Part shown: positions 44,284 through 53,405 of the stretch, one piece after another | Position numbering within the stretch: the stretch's first letter is position 1 | Layout of the letters: every line of letters begins with the position of its first letter | Virus record (IMG/VR): IMGVR_UViG_3300016472_000447 | Location: 11,383 to 75,382 of that record | From: a virus | Taxonomy: Duplodnaviria > Caudoviricetes | Length of the DNA: 64,000 bases | Reading direction: 5' to 3' (one strand) | Translations under genes and position numbers: made by a program | The notes under the pieces: generated by a model | The model's database searches: none | Seen by the model: the letters and a program-made list of their open reading frames with translations, nothing else | What the model was told of the DNA's origin: nothing

Positions 44284-45134
44284 GTTCCCCAGGCATTTTT
44301 AAATAAAGGAATCTGCAATCTATCAGAATATCTCCAACCCAATTTAAGTGCTAATTCTGCAACCTGCGTCTTATTCATATTATACATATTCTCTTCACCG
44401 CCGCAAGGCATCAGATATACAGGGCCACCAAAACCTTCTCTTGTATATTCGAGTACCGCCGCTTCAGCTTCGGCAACATCATCTTTGTTTGCTACCACAA
44501 ATTTTAGATATGTATATCCTACATCTTGATACTGTCGAACAATATCGGGTTTGATAGCATCCTCCCATCTTTCACCAGATACAGACAATTTCGGAGAAAC
44601 TGAAAATGTCAATTTATCGTAATCTCGACCAAATCTTGTCCATTCCAGAAATAAGTAATCAAAAAATTCTTCAGATAACATTTGTGTGCCGTTAGTCTCG
44701 AATGTTATCTCTTTCAAAAATTGTCTATTTTTAGAATGATCCAACAATTCGGGATAAGCTTTTTGCCAACCTAATAATGGTTCTCCCCCCGTGATAACGA
44801 GATGGATGTCATCCCATCTCTTTTCGGGAAGTATATCCATAATCGCATCTGCCACTGCATCAACTTCAAGTAAAGGAGACAGATGCTTGAAACGAGGATC
44901 CCAAGAGGCATAAGAATCACAACCCGTACTAACAAGCGGAAGATCGCTATATTTTTGATAGTTTTCAATGGATTGAAAAATAATATCTCTTTCATTTGAA
45001 ACTTCTCCTTTTGGCATTCCAAAACCTGCACATTTAAAATTACAACCAAATGTTCTCAAAAAGACAGAAGGGACACCCATATAGCGCCCCTCGCCTTGTA
45101 CAGAATAAAATAATTCCGCTACTTTAAGTTTCAT
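44280..45134 (-). CDS. queE: 7-carboxy-7-deazaguanine synthase (radical SAM); start ATG 45134
   Basis: ELFYSVQGEG, RTFGCNFKC...GCDS (CxxxC with a displaced third Cys), ITGGEP, ETNGT, VSPK. Confidence 0.92.
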   Translation of the reverse strand: MKLKVAELFYSVQGEGRYMGVPSVFLRTFGCNFKCAGFGMPKGEVSNERDIIFQSIENYQKYSDLPLVSTGCDSYASWDPRFKHLSPLLEVDAVADAIMDILPEKRWDDIHLVITGGEPLLGWQKAYPELLDHSKNRQFLKEITFETNGTQMLSEEFFDYLFLEWTRFGRDYDKLTFSVSPKLSVSGERWEDAIKPDIVRQYQDVGYTYLKFVVANKDDVAEAEAAVLEYTREGFGGPVYLMPCGGEENMYNMNKTQVAELALKLGWRYSDRLQIPLFKNAWGT

Positions 45135-45270
45135 TGTCGCTCTCAAACTCACCTAAAAGATATTTTTCATATTCTTCTTCATTCATCTCATGAAGTCCAA
45201 TACAATAACCTGTTGGACTTCGACCACAACCACATGGAACTAGTTCTTCTTTCAAATCTTTTTTCTGCAT
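45124..45270 (-). CDS. 48-aa CDGSH-type Fe-S/Zn mini-protein (not in ORF track)
   Basis: AGGAG RBS; CGCGRSPTGYCIGLH = C-x-C-x2-S-x4-C-x-G-x-H; its stop overlaps the queE start region. Confidence 0.7.
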   Translation of the reverse strand: MQKKDLKEELVPCGCGRSPTGYCIGLHEMNEEEYEKYLLGEFESDNET

Positions 45271-45282
45271 ATGTGTCTCCTA

Positions 45283-45897
45283 TTATTCAACATCAATATT
45301 ATCCAGCTCTTCTGCCAATTTGGCTTTTTTATTTTTTAATTGAGCTGGAGTTAATCTTTTATCGGGGTCTATAGTATCCAATTGTTTTTTCAAGTAATCT
45401 ACAAGTTGTTGCCCTACATCAGAATTGTCGGATTCTTGCATTATAGCATCTAAATCGAGATTTTCAATTATCTTATATTTAGTCGCCTGCTGTTTCTTTT
45501 CCTTTTGTATTCGACGAATAAATGCAAAATAAATGATTTGCGTATAATATGCAAAAGGGTTAGAAGATTTAGAAGGATCAAACTTTGCTGCTGCAGTTAG
45601 ACAATTTTCTATACCATCTGAAATCATATCATCTCGGAAGGTATAATTGATAAAATTTGATTTGTAAGAAAGATGAGTAGCAATCTTAATGAAACAGTCA
45701 CCTATATAATTAGGTACCTGAGGTATCTCCTTATTTTCACTTTTTGCTTGATCTACTTTAACCTTATAATCTATAAGAGCTTCTAAGAATTTTTTATTAT
45801 CTACATAATGTGAAGATGTAGGAATATTCTTAGTGGAGGATTCTAGTACTTCTTCTATTACCTCGTCCGAGCTGTTCTTCTTGGTCACTTTCTTCAT
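45283..45897 (-). CDS. 55: gp55 late sigma factor
   Basis: HYVDNKKFL, FINYTFRDDMISDGIENC, NPFAYYTQIIYFAFIRRIQKEK. Confidence 0.95.
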   Translation of the reverse strand: MKKVTKKNSSDEVIEEVLESSTKNIPTSSHYVDNKKFLEALIDYKVKVDQAKSENKEIPQVPNYIGDCFIKIATHLSYKSNFINYTFRDDMISDGIENCLTAAAKFDPSKSSNPFAYYTQIIYFAFIRRIQKEKKQQATKYKIIENLDLDAIMQESDNSDVGQQLVDYLKKQLDTIDPDKRLTPAQLKNKKAKLAEELDNIDVE

Positions 45898-46297
45898 ACT
45901 GATCTACACTTTCTTCTAAGTTATTTATAATTTCATCTATCATTTCTTGTTCTTCTTCTGTATATTCTGAATCATAATTATCAGAATCGTCAGAACTCCT
46001 ATACATTATATAATCTTGATAATTTTTAATCAATCCTGGCTTTAAATTTAGAGCAACTATAATTCTTGTTGTTGGTATTTCTATAACCGTATCTTCAGTA
46101 AAAGACAACCAAGGATATAAAAGATATGATTCTACTATCATGTCCCCTTTTGGAAATTTCACGGCATTTAAGGTAACAGGATTCAATATAGAAATAGTTT
46201 TTCTATCATACCAATCTTCACAAGAATCATCTGTAGTACAAATAATACCTTCACCCGAAGTAAGTTTTAAAAATTTATAATGTAATTCTTCGGACAC
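45830..46297 (-). CDS. T4-like hypothetical protein between uvsW and 55
   Basis: FLKLTSGEGII N-terminus, acidic tail; GTG start. Confidence 0.65.
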   Translation of the reverse strand: MSEELHYKFLKLTSGEGIICTTDDSCEDWYDRKTISILNPVTLNAVKFPKGDMIVESYLLYPWLSFTEDTVIEIPTTRIIVALNLKPGLIKNYQDYIMYRSSDDSDNYDSEYTEEEQEMIDEIINNLEESVDQYEESDQEEQLGRGNRRSTRILH

Positions 46298-47778
46298 TAT
46301 AGATCTACCTTTATAAGTTTATAGTTAAAATGTTCGTCATTATAAATTTTAATTCTTTCTATCATATGAAGTAACGTATAATTTTTTTTAGATTTCCAAG
46401 TAAGGTCATCTGCAATATCATAAAGATTACACGAAGTTTTATTCTCACTTGTTCTTAGGCCCCTTCCTATAGATTGTAAATTTCTAATTCTTGATTTAGA
46501 AGGAGAAGCAAAAATAATATTATGCAAATTTTTAATATTTATTCCTGTAGAAAAGGTGCCATAACTTGCTACAATTATAGCATCATTTTCCCCTTCGGTG
46601 ATACGTCGAATTTCTTCCCTTTGATCTGTGTCAGTTCCACCAAATACAAAAAAGATTTTTCGATCGCCGCCCTTTTCGGATATCATATCAAATAAAATTT
46701 TACCATGCTTTTCTACATACTGAAAAAGTACAAGCGTATTGCCTTCCTGCTTTAAGGCTAAATTACGTATAAACTTATTTCTTGGTTCATGCTGAACCAG
46801 GAAGTCCATTTCTTCCTGATAAGAATTGCCCTTAACTGCCTTTTTAATTTCATCCGAATAATTTAAAATTAAATTATAGATTTGGAGGTCCGCGAGCGCC
46901 TTATCTGTTATAAGTTTTCTTGTGGTTGTTACTTTATAAACTGGACCGAATAATCCTTCTAAAACCAACTTATGGGTTTTCGTTCCATCTAAAGTTCCAG
47001 TTGTGCCGAATCTATAAGGAGTGGTTGTACACTTATTTAAAATACCGGTAAGAGATTTAGCTTTGAATAGATGAGCCTCATCTCCATAGATAACTTGAAA
47101 AGATGAAAAGAATTGCTTTGGCAATTTATATAGAGATTGCCATGTTGAAATGACAACAGGATATTCATTTGATTTTTCATGACCACCATAAATCCGATGA
47201 CAATGGTTAGATGCCTTCCAACCATTAATGGAAGAATACTCTTGAAAATCTGAATACATCTGCTCTACGAGAGAGGTTGTGGGAACTAATATCAACTGTC
47301 TACGTTTGTAAAATTCATTCCAACGAATTAAGCAATAGATTATTAAAGATTTGCCTGAACCAGTAGGAGACAGCAATAGCTTACGACCATTGGATATTGC
47401 TTGATAAACAGCATCTATCTGATAATCTCTGATTTGAATAGATTCACCCTTTGATGCTAATTCCAATCCTTCGCAAAATTGCTTCACTTCTTCATAAGTT
47501 ACAGAATCTGCAGTTAGAATGTATTCTGAGTCATCTACAATATAATCTCGTTCTTTGGCAAAATGTTCTACATAATTTTTCAATCCAACAAATAATTCTT
47601 GAGTGAACATAGAAAACAAGCGTATTTTTCCATCCCACATTCTAGATTTATAAAGTGGATGAAACTTTGCACCAGGTGCATCAAAAGAAAAATGATCATT
47701 CAATTCTTGAGCTATGGAAGGCTCAGATTGTATACGAAGATATACTTCATTTTTCTTAGTGATTTTAATATCCGCCAT
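46297..47778 (-). CDS. uvsW: UvsW SF2 helicase
   Basis: IRDYQ, SPTGSGKS, GDEAH, GTFSTGINI, QSIGRGLR. Confidence 0.96.
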   Translation of the reverse strand: MADIKITKKNEVYLRIQSEPSIAQELNDHFSFDAPGAKFHPLYKSRMWDGKIRLFSMFTQELFVGLKNYVEHFAKERDYIVDDSEYILTADSVTYEEVKQFCEGLELASKGESIQIRDYQIDAVYQAISNGRKLLLSPTGSGKSLIIYCLIRWNEFYKRRQLILVPTTSLVEQMYSDFQEYSSINGWKASNHCHRIYGGHEKSNEYPVVISTWQSLYKLPKQFFSSFQVIYGDEAHLFKAKSLTGILNKCTTTPYRFGTTGTLDGTKTHKLVLEGLFGPVYKVTTTRKLITDKALADLQIYNLILNYSDEIKKAVKGNSYQEEMDFLVQHEPRNKFIRNLALKQEGNTLVLFQYVEKHGKILFDMISEKGGDRKIFFVFGGTDTDQREEIRRITEGENDAIIVASYGTFSTGINIKNLHNIIFASPSKSRIRNLQSIGRGLRTSENKTSCNLYDIADDLTWKSKKNYTLLHMIERIKIYNDEHFNYKLIKVDL

Positions 47779-48218
47779 TACATCATACCATTAGTAAATT
47801 TAGACCATTCAATAGCATTCTTTATATCCCAGGTTCTGCTATTTAGTGATCGAAGTATTTGCTCTAATTGATATAGAATAGTTTTAAAATATTCAATCTT
47901 ATCACCATACTTAACTAGGTCAATATCAACTTGAAGAAATTCATCCATCTCGTTTTTGAGAGGCTTATTTCCTTGCCATTGTTCCCAACCCTCTTCTTCA
48001 AGTTCTTCACGGGTCATCTCTCCGCGATAATACTTATACTTTTTTCTTCTACAATTTAAATAATCTGATTCAGCTTTCCTCAGATTGAGTTTTGTAGAAG
48101 TTAAAAGATTTAAGTATTTCGCATGGAGATTAGGAGTTTTAACAGATTCCTGACCAAGATTCAACTCATTTATCTTGCAGTCTTCTGTCCACATCTCCTG
48201 CAAGTCTGTTAGTTTCAT
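47778..48218 (-). CDS. uvsY: UvsY recombination mediator
   Basis: EMWTEDCKI...PNLHAKYL...RTWDIKNAIEW. Confidence 0.93.
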   Translation of the reverse strand: MKLTDLQEMWTEDCKINELNLGQESVKTPNLHAKYLNLLTSTKLNLRKAESDYLNCRRKKYKYYRGEMTREELEEEGWEQWQGNKPLKNEMDEFLQVDIDLVKYGDKIEYFKTILYQLEQILRSLNSRTWDIKNAIEWSKFTNGMM

Positions 48219-48221
48219 ACT

Positions 48222-49118
48222 TTATTTGATTTGAATAATTTGCTGGGGATTACCTTGGAAATTAAACGAACCATAGTGATTCAGAGAAATACTGGGATCG
48301 AGCCAAATTTCTCCACCGAGTTCTTGCCAACGACGACTGAAACAATAATCCTCGGATAAATATCTCTTATCTTTGGGATCAATCATAGTGTCGAAGAAAG
48401 CATAGAAATGGGGATTTAATTCCGGGGGAGTATTAAGATCATTATTATACTTGAGATCCGGATATGCTTCAATCATTTTATCGATTGCTTCTCTCTTAAT
48501 CATCATAAAGCCTGTAGCTCCATCATGCAATCTAACCAATCCATTTTCTATAGCAATTTGCTTAGCTTCTCGATTTAGGAATTTAAAGTTAATTGCATAG
48601 TCTGAACCAAATGCTGCGATTTGACGATCATTATATCCTTCGTCATTAGTACGTACACTTTCCCGAATACGTTGCCAGTTGACACCCTTCTTCGGATAAG
48701 CACCAACAACTACATCTTTATCGTGAGCAACCAGTTTGATAACATCCTCAACCTGATATTCAATATCTGCATCAATGAACATTAATCGAGTAAAATTGCT
48801 GTGAAGGAAATAAGCAACAAGGACATTTCGTGCTCGTGTTACTAAAGATTCATTCGCGATAGTTCCAAACGCAACAGGAATTTGATGTTGGTTGCAAAAA
48901 GTAAGTAAACGAACAGTTGATCTAAAATATGCTTCAGTTAACATACCTCCATAACAAGGGGTAGCAATGAAGATTCTTTCTTTCCTAAGATCATCAAGTT
49001 TAACTTCCATCTTTTTAACATTCTCTTGCGGAGTTTGTTGCGTGCCTCCAGCCAAAGGTACCTTTGGGATGTTAGGAACAGGTGGAAGGTCCATAGGGGT
49101 AATTTTTTTATCTGCCAT
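48222..49118 (-). CDS. GT-A-fold glycosyltransferase-like protein
   Basis: IATPCYGG, ESLVTRARN, MFIDADI (DxD), ATGFMMIKR, YLSEDYCF. Confidence 0.75.
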   Translation of the reverse strand: MADKKITPMDLPPVPNIPKVPLAGGTQQTPQENVKKMEVKLDDLRKERIFIATPCYGGMLTEAYFRSTVRLLTFCNQHQIPVAFGTIANESLVTRARNVLVAYFLHSNFTRLMFIDADIEYQVEDVIKLVAHDKDVVVGAYPKKGVNWQRIRESVRTNDEGYNDRQIAAFGSDYAINFKFLNREAKQIAIENGLVRLHDGATGFMMIKREAIDKMIEAYPDLKYNNDLNTPPELNPHFYAFFDTMIDPKDKRYLSEDYCFSRRWQELGGEIWLDPSISLNHYGSFNFQGNPQQIIQIK

Positions 49119-49132
49119 AATAACTCCAAAAA

Positions 49133-49720
49133 TTATAAGGGTTCTACTTCAAAAACAGTATATCTAAAACTAGCAATTGCAGTGAAGTATTCTACGGTTT
49201 GGGAAGCAACATCAAAATCTAACGCTTCCAGGGAAATCGGAAATAAATTTTTAAATATTATATTAACTTTAGGATTGTTTGTCGAGTCAAGAATAGTTAA
49301 AGTACCATCCGAGTATGCCAAAACCTCAGATTCACCATTTGTTTTGGTTACGAATGGGAATTTACTTGGGCGATTGAATGTAAAATTCTTGAATTGACTA
49401 TAATTTTCGGGGAATCCCAATGCGATCAACCATCTATATAATTCTAGATAATTGGACATATTTTCTGCAATAATGAATCGAATAGTGAAATCCCCAAAAT
49501 TTATTTTATCACCTATAGTAGGGATGTCAACGAAAGGCGTTGGTTGAGATGCAAATCCCATCTGCAATGCGGGTAAATTCGCGGATTGACAAGTAAAAGA
49601 AGTATTAGGCAAATCCTTAATAGAAAATCTAAAGGCATTTGGCCTCAGGAAATCATAAGTAGAAGGTAAAGAAGATTTGAAATTACTTTTTACTATATCA
49701 ATATTTGCAGTATATGCCAT
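49133..49720 (-). CDS. 3: gp3 tail completion / sheath terminator
   Basis: FLRPNAFRF, CQSANLP, YLELYRW, DGTL; downstream of gene 23. Confidence 0.85.
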   Translation of the reverse strand: MAYTANIDIVKSNFKSSLPSTYDFLRPNAFRFSIKDLPNTSFTCQSANLPALQMGFASQPTPFVDIPTIGDKINFGDFTIRFIIAENMSNYLELYRWLIALGFPENYSQFKNFTFNRPSKFPFVTKTNGESEVLAYSDGTLTILDSTNNPKVNIIFKNLFPISLEALDFDVASQTVEYFTAIASFRYTVFEVEPL

Positions 49721-49742
49721 GCACTAATCCTTTCAGACTGTT

Positions 49743-49750
49743 TATTTATA
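49743..49750 (-). promoter_or_regulatory. T4-type late promoter
   Basis: TATAAATA upstream of gene 3. Confidence 0.8.
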
Positions 49751-49763
49751 GCCTAGTAAAGAT

Positions 49764-49790
49764 AAAAAAAGGGGGAATTTCTTCCCCCTT
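49764..49790 (-). terminator. rho-independent terminator after gene 23
   Basis: AAGGGGGAA-GAAA-TTCCCCCTT followed by TTTTT. Confidence 0.85.
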
Positions 49791-49814
49791 AATCCCGATC
49801 TGCGTCGGTTTTTA

Positions 49815-51134
49815 TTACATCAGATTAACAACTCTCGTCTTGCGATAGTACTGATTACGATTTGCTGTGAATGTATCAGCATCCGAAGGACCAGCAGAAC
49901 CTCCCGAAGTTGTAACATATGGGTTAGCAATCAGACCATAACGTGTCTTAAAGCCAATCTTTGGCTGGAAGCTGTTAGGATCGATCGCACGAACCATCTG
50001 GAGAGGGATATATGGGCAATAGAATAATCCTGCATCATATGGGCTAGAACCCTTATAACCAACCACATAGAACTGGTTAGAAGCACCAAGGTTCGCTGAA
50101 TATGGATCAATATAAACACGATAACGTCCATTCAGAACACCTGCAAATGTATTACCTGTATCGTCAACAGTGATGCCTGTCGAAAGAGCAGGAGTATAAT
50201 CGAGAACTCCAGACATTGCGAGAGCTGATGCTACATCTGCAGAACATACGATGATATTGCCTTTTCCTCTACGAGTATCTTGTGCAATGTGATTAGCATC
50301 GCGTTCGATATTGAACAGGAGACCCTTGAAGCGCTCAACAGACCAACGTCCATTGGAGTCAACATCCAGGTCAAATGTTCCTGCGGTTGCAGTAGCAGGC
50401 GAACCAAGCTTAGCGACACCATAGATTAAACGAACTATTTCGCGATTGATCTCAAACATAAACTCTTGCGAGAGGATATTTGAAAGCTCAGCCTCAGCAT
50501 CAAGCCCGTGAATTGCTTTTAAGTCCTGAGCAAGTTCTACCGTATACTCAGCTTTTAAAGCACGGGATTTTGCTGTAACTGTTGTCTTATCAATTGCGAA
50601 AGACATCTCAGCAAACGGTGTTCCTGTTTCACCGCGGGCTTCTGCAGCAGCAGTTGTCATGCCTGTACCTGTGGTATAACCACCAAACGGATCGGTACCT
50701 GCATGTGTTCCTGCACCCGAGAAATCGGTGTCAGCTTCGTTGTATAATGCCTCAACGCGAGTTGAAGTATTAGCACGAGGATTATTATTATATGCGTCGA
50801 GTCCACCGTAGATTGCGCGCATTGCGAAGATCAGACCTGTTGGTCCTGTCATTGGCTGAACGCCGCAGATGTCATAAGCCATGAGATTGGGCATAGCGCG
50901 ACGAACTAATCCAATAAGGATAGGATCGTATTTTTGTATGCCGTTAGGATCTGTAGCAATATTATTTACAGGAACAGTCTCGAACAGAGCTTGACGCTCT
51001 TCACGGAGAGATTTCTCTTGATTCTCTAAAAGAACTGCAGTAACAGCTTTTTTATAGTTATCTTGAATTGAGGGAAGATCGGGGTGATCAAGAACTGCTC
51101 CCCATTTCTTTTGATAATTTTCGGATAAAAACAT
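49815..51134 (-). CDS. 23: gp23 major capsid protein
   Basis: CGVQPMTGPTGLIFAMR, KSRALKAEYT-ELAQDLKAIHGLDAE, FQPKIGFKTRYG. Confidence 0.98.
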   Translation of the reverse strand: MFLSENYQKKWGAVLDHPDLPSIQDNYKKAVTAVLLENQEKSLREERQALFETVPVNNIATDPNGIQKYDPILIGLVRRAMPNLMAYDICGVQPMTGPTGLIFAMRAIYGGLDAYNNNPRANTSTRVEALYNEADTDFSGAGTHAGTDPFGGYTTGTGMTTAAAEARGETGTPFAEMSFAIDKTTVTAKSRALKAEYTVELAQDLKAIHGLDAEAELSNILSQEFMFEINREIVRLIYGVAKLGSPATATAGTFDLDVDSNGRWSVERFKGLLFNIERDANHIAQDTRRGKGNIIVCSADVASALAMSGVLDYTPALSTGITVDDTGNTFAGVLNGRYRVYIDPYSANLGASNQFYVVGYKGSSPYDAGLFYCPYIPLQMVRAIDPNSFQPKIGFKTRYGLIANPYVTTSGGSAGPSDADTFTANRNQYYRKTRVVNLM

Positions 51135-51161
51135 CTTAGTCTCCTTTTAAGAACTTATGAA

Positions 51162-51169
51162 TATTTATA
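51162..51169 (-). promoter_or_regulatory. T4-type late promoter
   Basis: TATAAATA upstream of gene 23. Confidence 0.8.
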
Positions 51170-51171
51170 AA

Positions 51172-52296
51172 TTATTGTCTTTTGATAGATCTAGATAGGG
51201 CTTGTGCATATGATGCAACGGTATCATTGCCGGAAAAAGTAGCCTGGGTATCTGTCTCTTCGATTAAAGCCTGTACAGAAACTTCCGGCTTTTTATTAGC
51301 TGGGAAGTAATTCTCTTTAATGACTCTAACCTTCTCCGTATAGATTTCCTCGTTCTCAAACTCCACACCTTCTAGCAACTTATTCAGTTTACTAATTTCA
51401 GTGTCAGCGAGATCGTCGGACATCTCTTTAATGATAAGAGACTTTCTCAATTCAGCAACCTCGGAATTTAATTCGACGTTATTGCTTACTTGATTATTTA
51501 AGCTTTCTTCCAACTCTTCTACTTTAGTTTGTAGCTCACTAATGACATCATATTTCTCCTCAGGTATTTCAATATAATGCTCTTTGAATAATACCTTAAG
51601 ACCCTCGATGAAGTCTTCGGCAATCTCTGTGCGAAGCCCATTCTCTACGGCTAATTTATTTTCATCCATCCAATTCTCAACAACATAGTTGAGATATGCA
51701 TCAATTTTTTCTACGATTGTTTCTTTATATTCTGCGACTTCTGAAGCATATTTCTCTTCTAATGCTTCAGAGATTTTTTCCATCTCATTATTTACGCGAG
51801 CAATAACCGCCGCTTCAAAAATTGAGATAGCCTTAGATTTGAATTCCTCGGAAAGATCTTCACCGAAGATTGGAGAAAGATCAATTTCTTGAGCGACAGT
51901 TTCTTCTGCCTCTTCTTCGGAAATAGTATCATCAGACTCTTCTTCGGTCTCTTCTTTCTGAACATTACCTGCAGAAGAAGCTTGATTCACTGCAGATGTA
52001 GGATCAGCAACAGTTGTGAAATTAGGAGCATCTCCGGGAGGTGCTTTCATCTGAATGTCATTCTTCTTAACATCCTTGGATACCTTAGCTCCCTGATTTG
52101 GTTCTTTTTCATCGCGCTCTTCATAGCTAGCGTCTTCAGAAGAACCTTGTCTGGGTTGACCAGAATCGCCAGAATTAGCAGGCGGTATAGAGGAATCTCT
52201 AGAAACCCCGGAAGCGCCCATCATATCGGCTTCTTCTAACGAGGCCTTAACATTAACGCGCTCTAATAATTCCTTGATTTTATTTTCTACTGACAT
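51172..52296 (-). CDS. 22: gp22 prohead core scaffold
   Basis: FEAAV, YLNYVVENWM, acidic coiled coil; synteny. Confidence 0.92.
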   Translation of the reverse strand: MSVENKIKELLERVNVKASLEEADMMGASGVSRDSSIPPANSGDSGQPRQGSSEDASYEERDEKEPNQGAKVSKDVKKNDIQMKAPPGDAPNFTTVADPTSAVNQASSAGNVQKEETEEESDDTISEEEAEETVAQEIDLSPIFGEDLSEEFKSKAISIFEAAVIARVNNEMEKISEALEEKYASEVAEYKETIVEKIDAYLNYVVENWMDENKLAVENGLRTEIAEDFIEGLKVLFKEHYIEIPEEKYDVISELQTKVEELEESLNNQVSNNVELNSEVAELRKSLIIKEMSDDLADTEISKLNKLLEGVEFENEEIYTEKVRVIKENYFPANKKPEVSVQALIEETDTQATFSGNDTVASYAQALSRSIKRQ

Positions 52297-52330
52297 TAGA
52301 GTCTCCTAATAAAATTAATGTACTCAATGA

Positions 52331-52338
52331 TATTTATA
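52331..52338 (-). promoter_or_regulatory. T4-type late promoter
   Basis: TATAAATA upstream of gene 22. Confidence 0.8.
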
Positions 52339-52345
52339 ATTTCTG

Positions 52346-53026
52346 TTATCTAGACAACTGGGACATAAACTTTTGAAAAATCTTCAACTTTTCTTCTTCC
52401 AATTCTGCAGCATTAGCATTCTTTATTTGGGCTTGTGCTTTCTCTATTTCAATAGAAGTCCAGACTCCATTATTTAGAATCCATTCTGCAGATTCGTATA
52501 TCCCTTGAACAAATGCATCTGGAGCAGAAGGATCTGCTACTATATCTACAGTTACAAGATGAAAATCATCCTGTACTTCCTGAAGACCGTTTTTACCGGG
52601 TTTAAGTGATCCCAATCCTCTGGTAGAAACACCCAAACTAATATCATTTTCAATTAAATTTTTAGCAATAAGGCCCATCGGAGTTTCTAATATCTTAGCT
52701 CTACCTATTACCTTGCCACCACCTTCCATCTTAAGATTTGTAATTAGATGGGAAACTTGATTTAGATTAATCTGAGGATTCGGGGGATGACCTAATTCAC
52801 CGAGAGAACGTTTAGCATCAATTATCTCTTGATATCGATCAACTTCTTTTTCCATGACAGGTTTGGAATAAATCCTACCGTTCCTGTTACCAGTATCATA
52901 CTGGGCAAAGATGCCCTCTATGTAGACATTCTTTTTTCCGTTAACTTCTTCTATTAAATATTGTACGTCTTCTACGGCTTCTCTAATTAACTTCATTTTA
53001 ATTCCCCGAGACGAAAGGTTGTACAC
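52346..53026 (-). CDS. 21: gp21 prohead protease
   Basis: NRNGRIY, LGELGHP, GVSTRGLGS, DIVADPSAPDA. Confidence 0.95.
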   Translation of the reverse strand: MYNLSSRGIKMKLIREAVEDVQYLIEEVNGKKNVYIEGIFAQYDTGNRNGRIYSKPVMEKEVDRYQEIIDAKRSLGELGHPPNPQINLNQVSHLITNLKMEGGGKVIGRAKILETPMGLIAKNLIENDISLGVSTRGLGSLKPGKNGLQEVQDDFHLVTVDIVADPSAPDAFVQGIYESAEWILNNGVWTSIEIEKAQAQIKNANAAELEEEKLKIFQKFMSQLSR

Positions 53027-53402
53027 CGTCGTATGTTAGCACATTTGCTTGGTAACCCGAAATTTTTGATAATCCCATAATTAGTGAACCATCAGCAGAA
53101 CCTAAGAAATTAACTGTGATATTAGAATTATTACCTTCGGACAGTACACAACCGATAAACTGAGAAAACTGATGATTGTCCTGACCATCAGTTAATTTAT
53201 ATACGTTAGAATTATTTCTCTGTACTAAAGTAATACCCGTAGTAGTAAACATTATTGAATTAATATTTACTTGTGCATTCGGTCTATCAAATATCTGCGT
53301 ATTTGTAGTTAATTCTGCAAGATCAATAGTTACGGAACCTGGACCTAAAACTTTAACTACAGCTTGCTGAGGTACTTTCTTTAATACGACGCTAGTTGCC
53401 AT
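52998..53402 (-). CDS. hypothetical virion-cluster protein
   Basis: 134-aa beta-rich ORF inside the head operon. Confidence 0.6.
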   Translation of the reverse strand: MATSVVLKKVPQQAVVKVLGPGSVTIDLAELTTNTQIFDRPNAQVNINSIMFTTTGITLVQRNNSNVYKLTDGQDNHQFSQFIGCVLSEGNNSNITVNFLGSADGSLIMGLSKISGYQANVLTYDGVQPFVSGN

Positions 53403-53405
53403 TTA

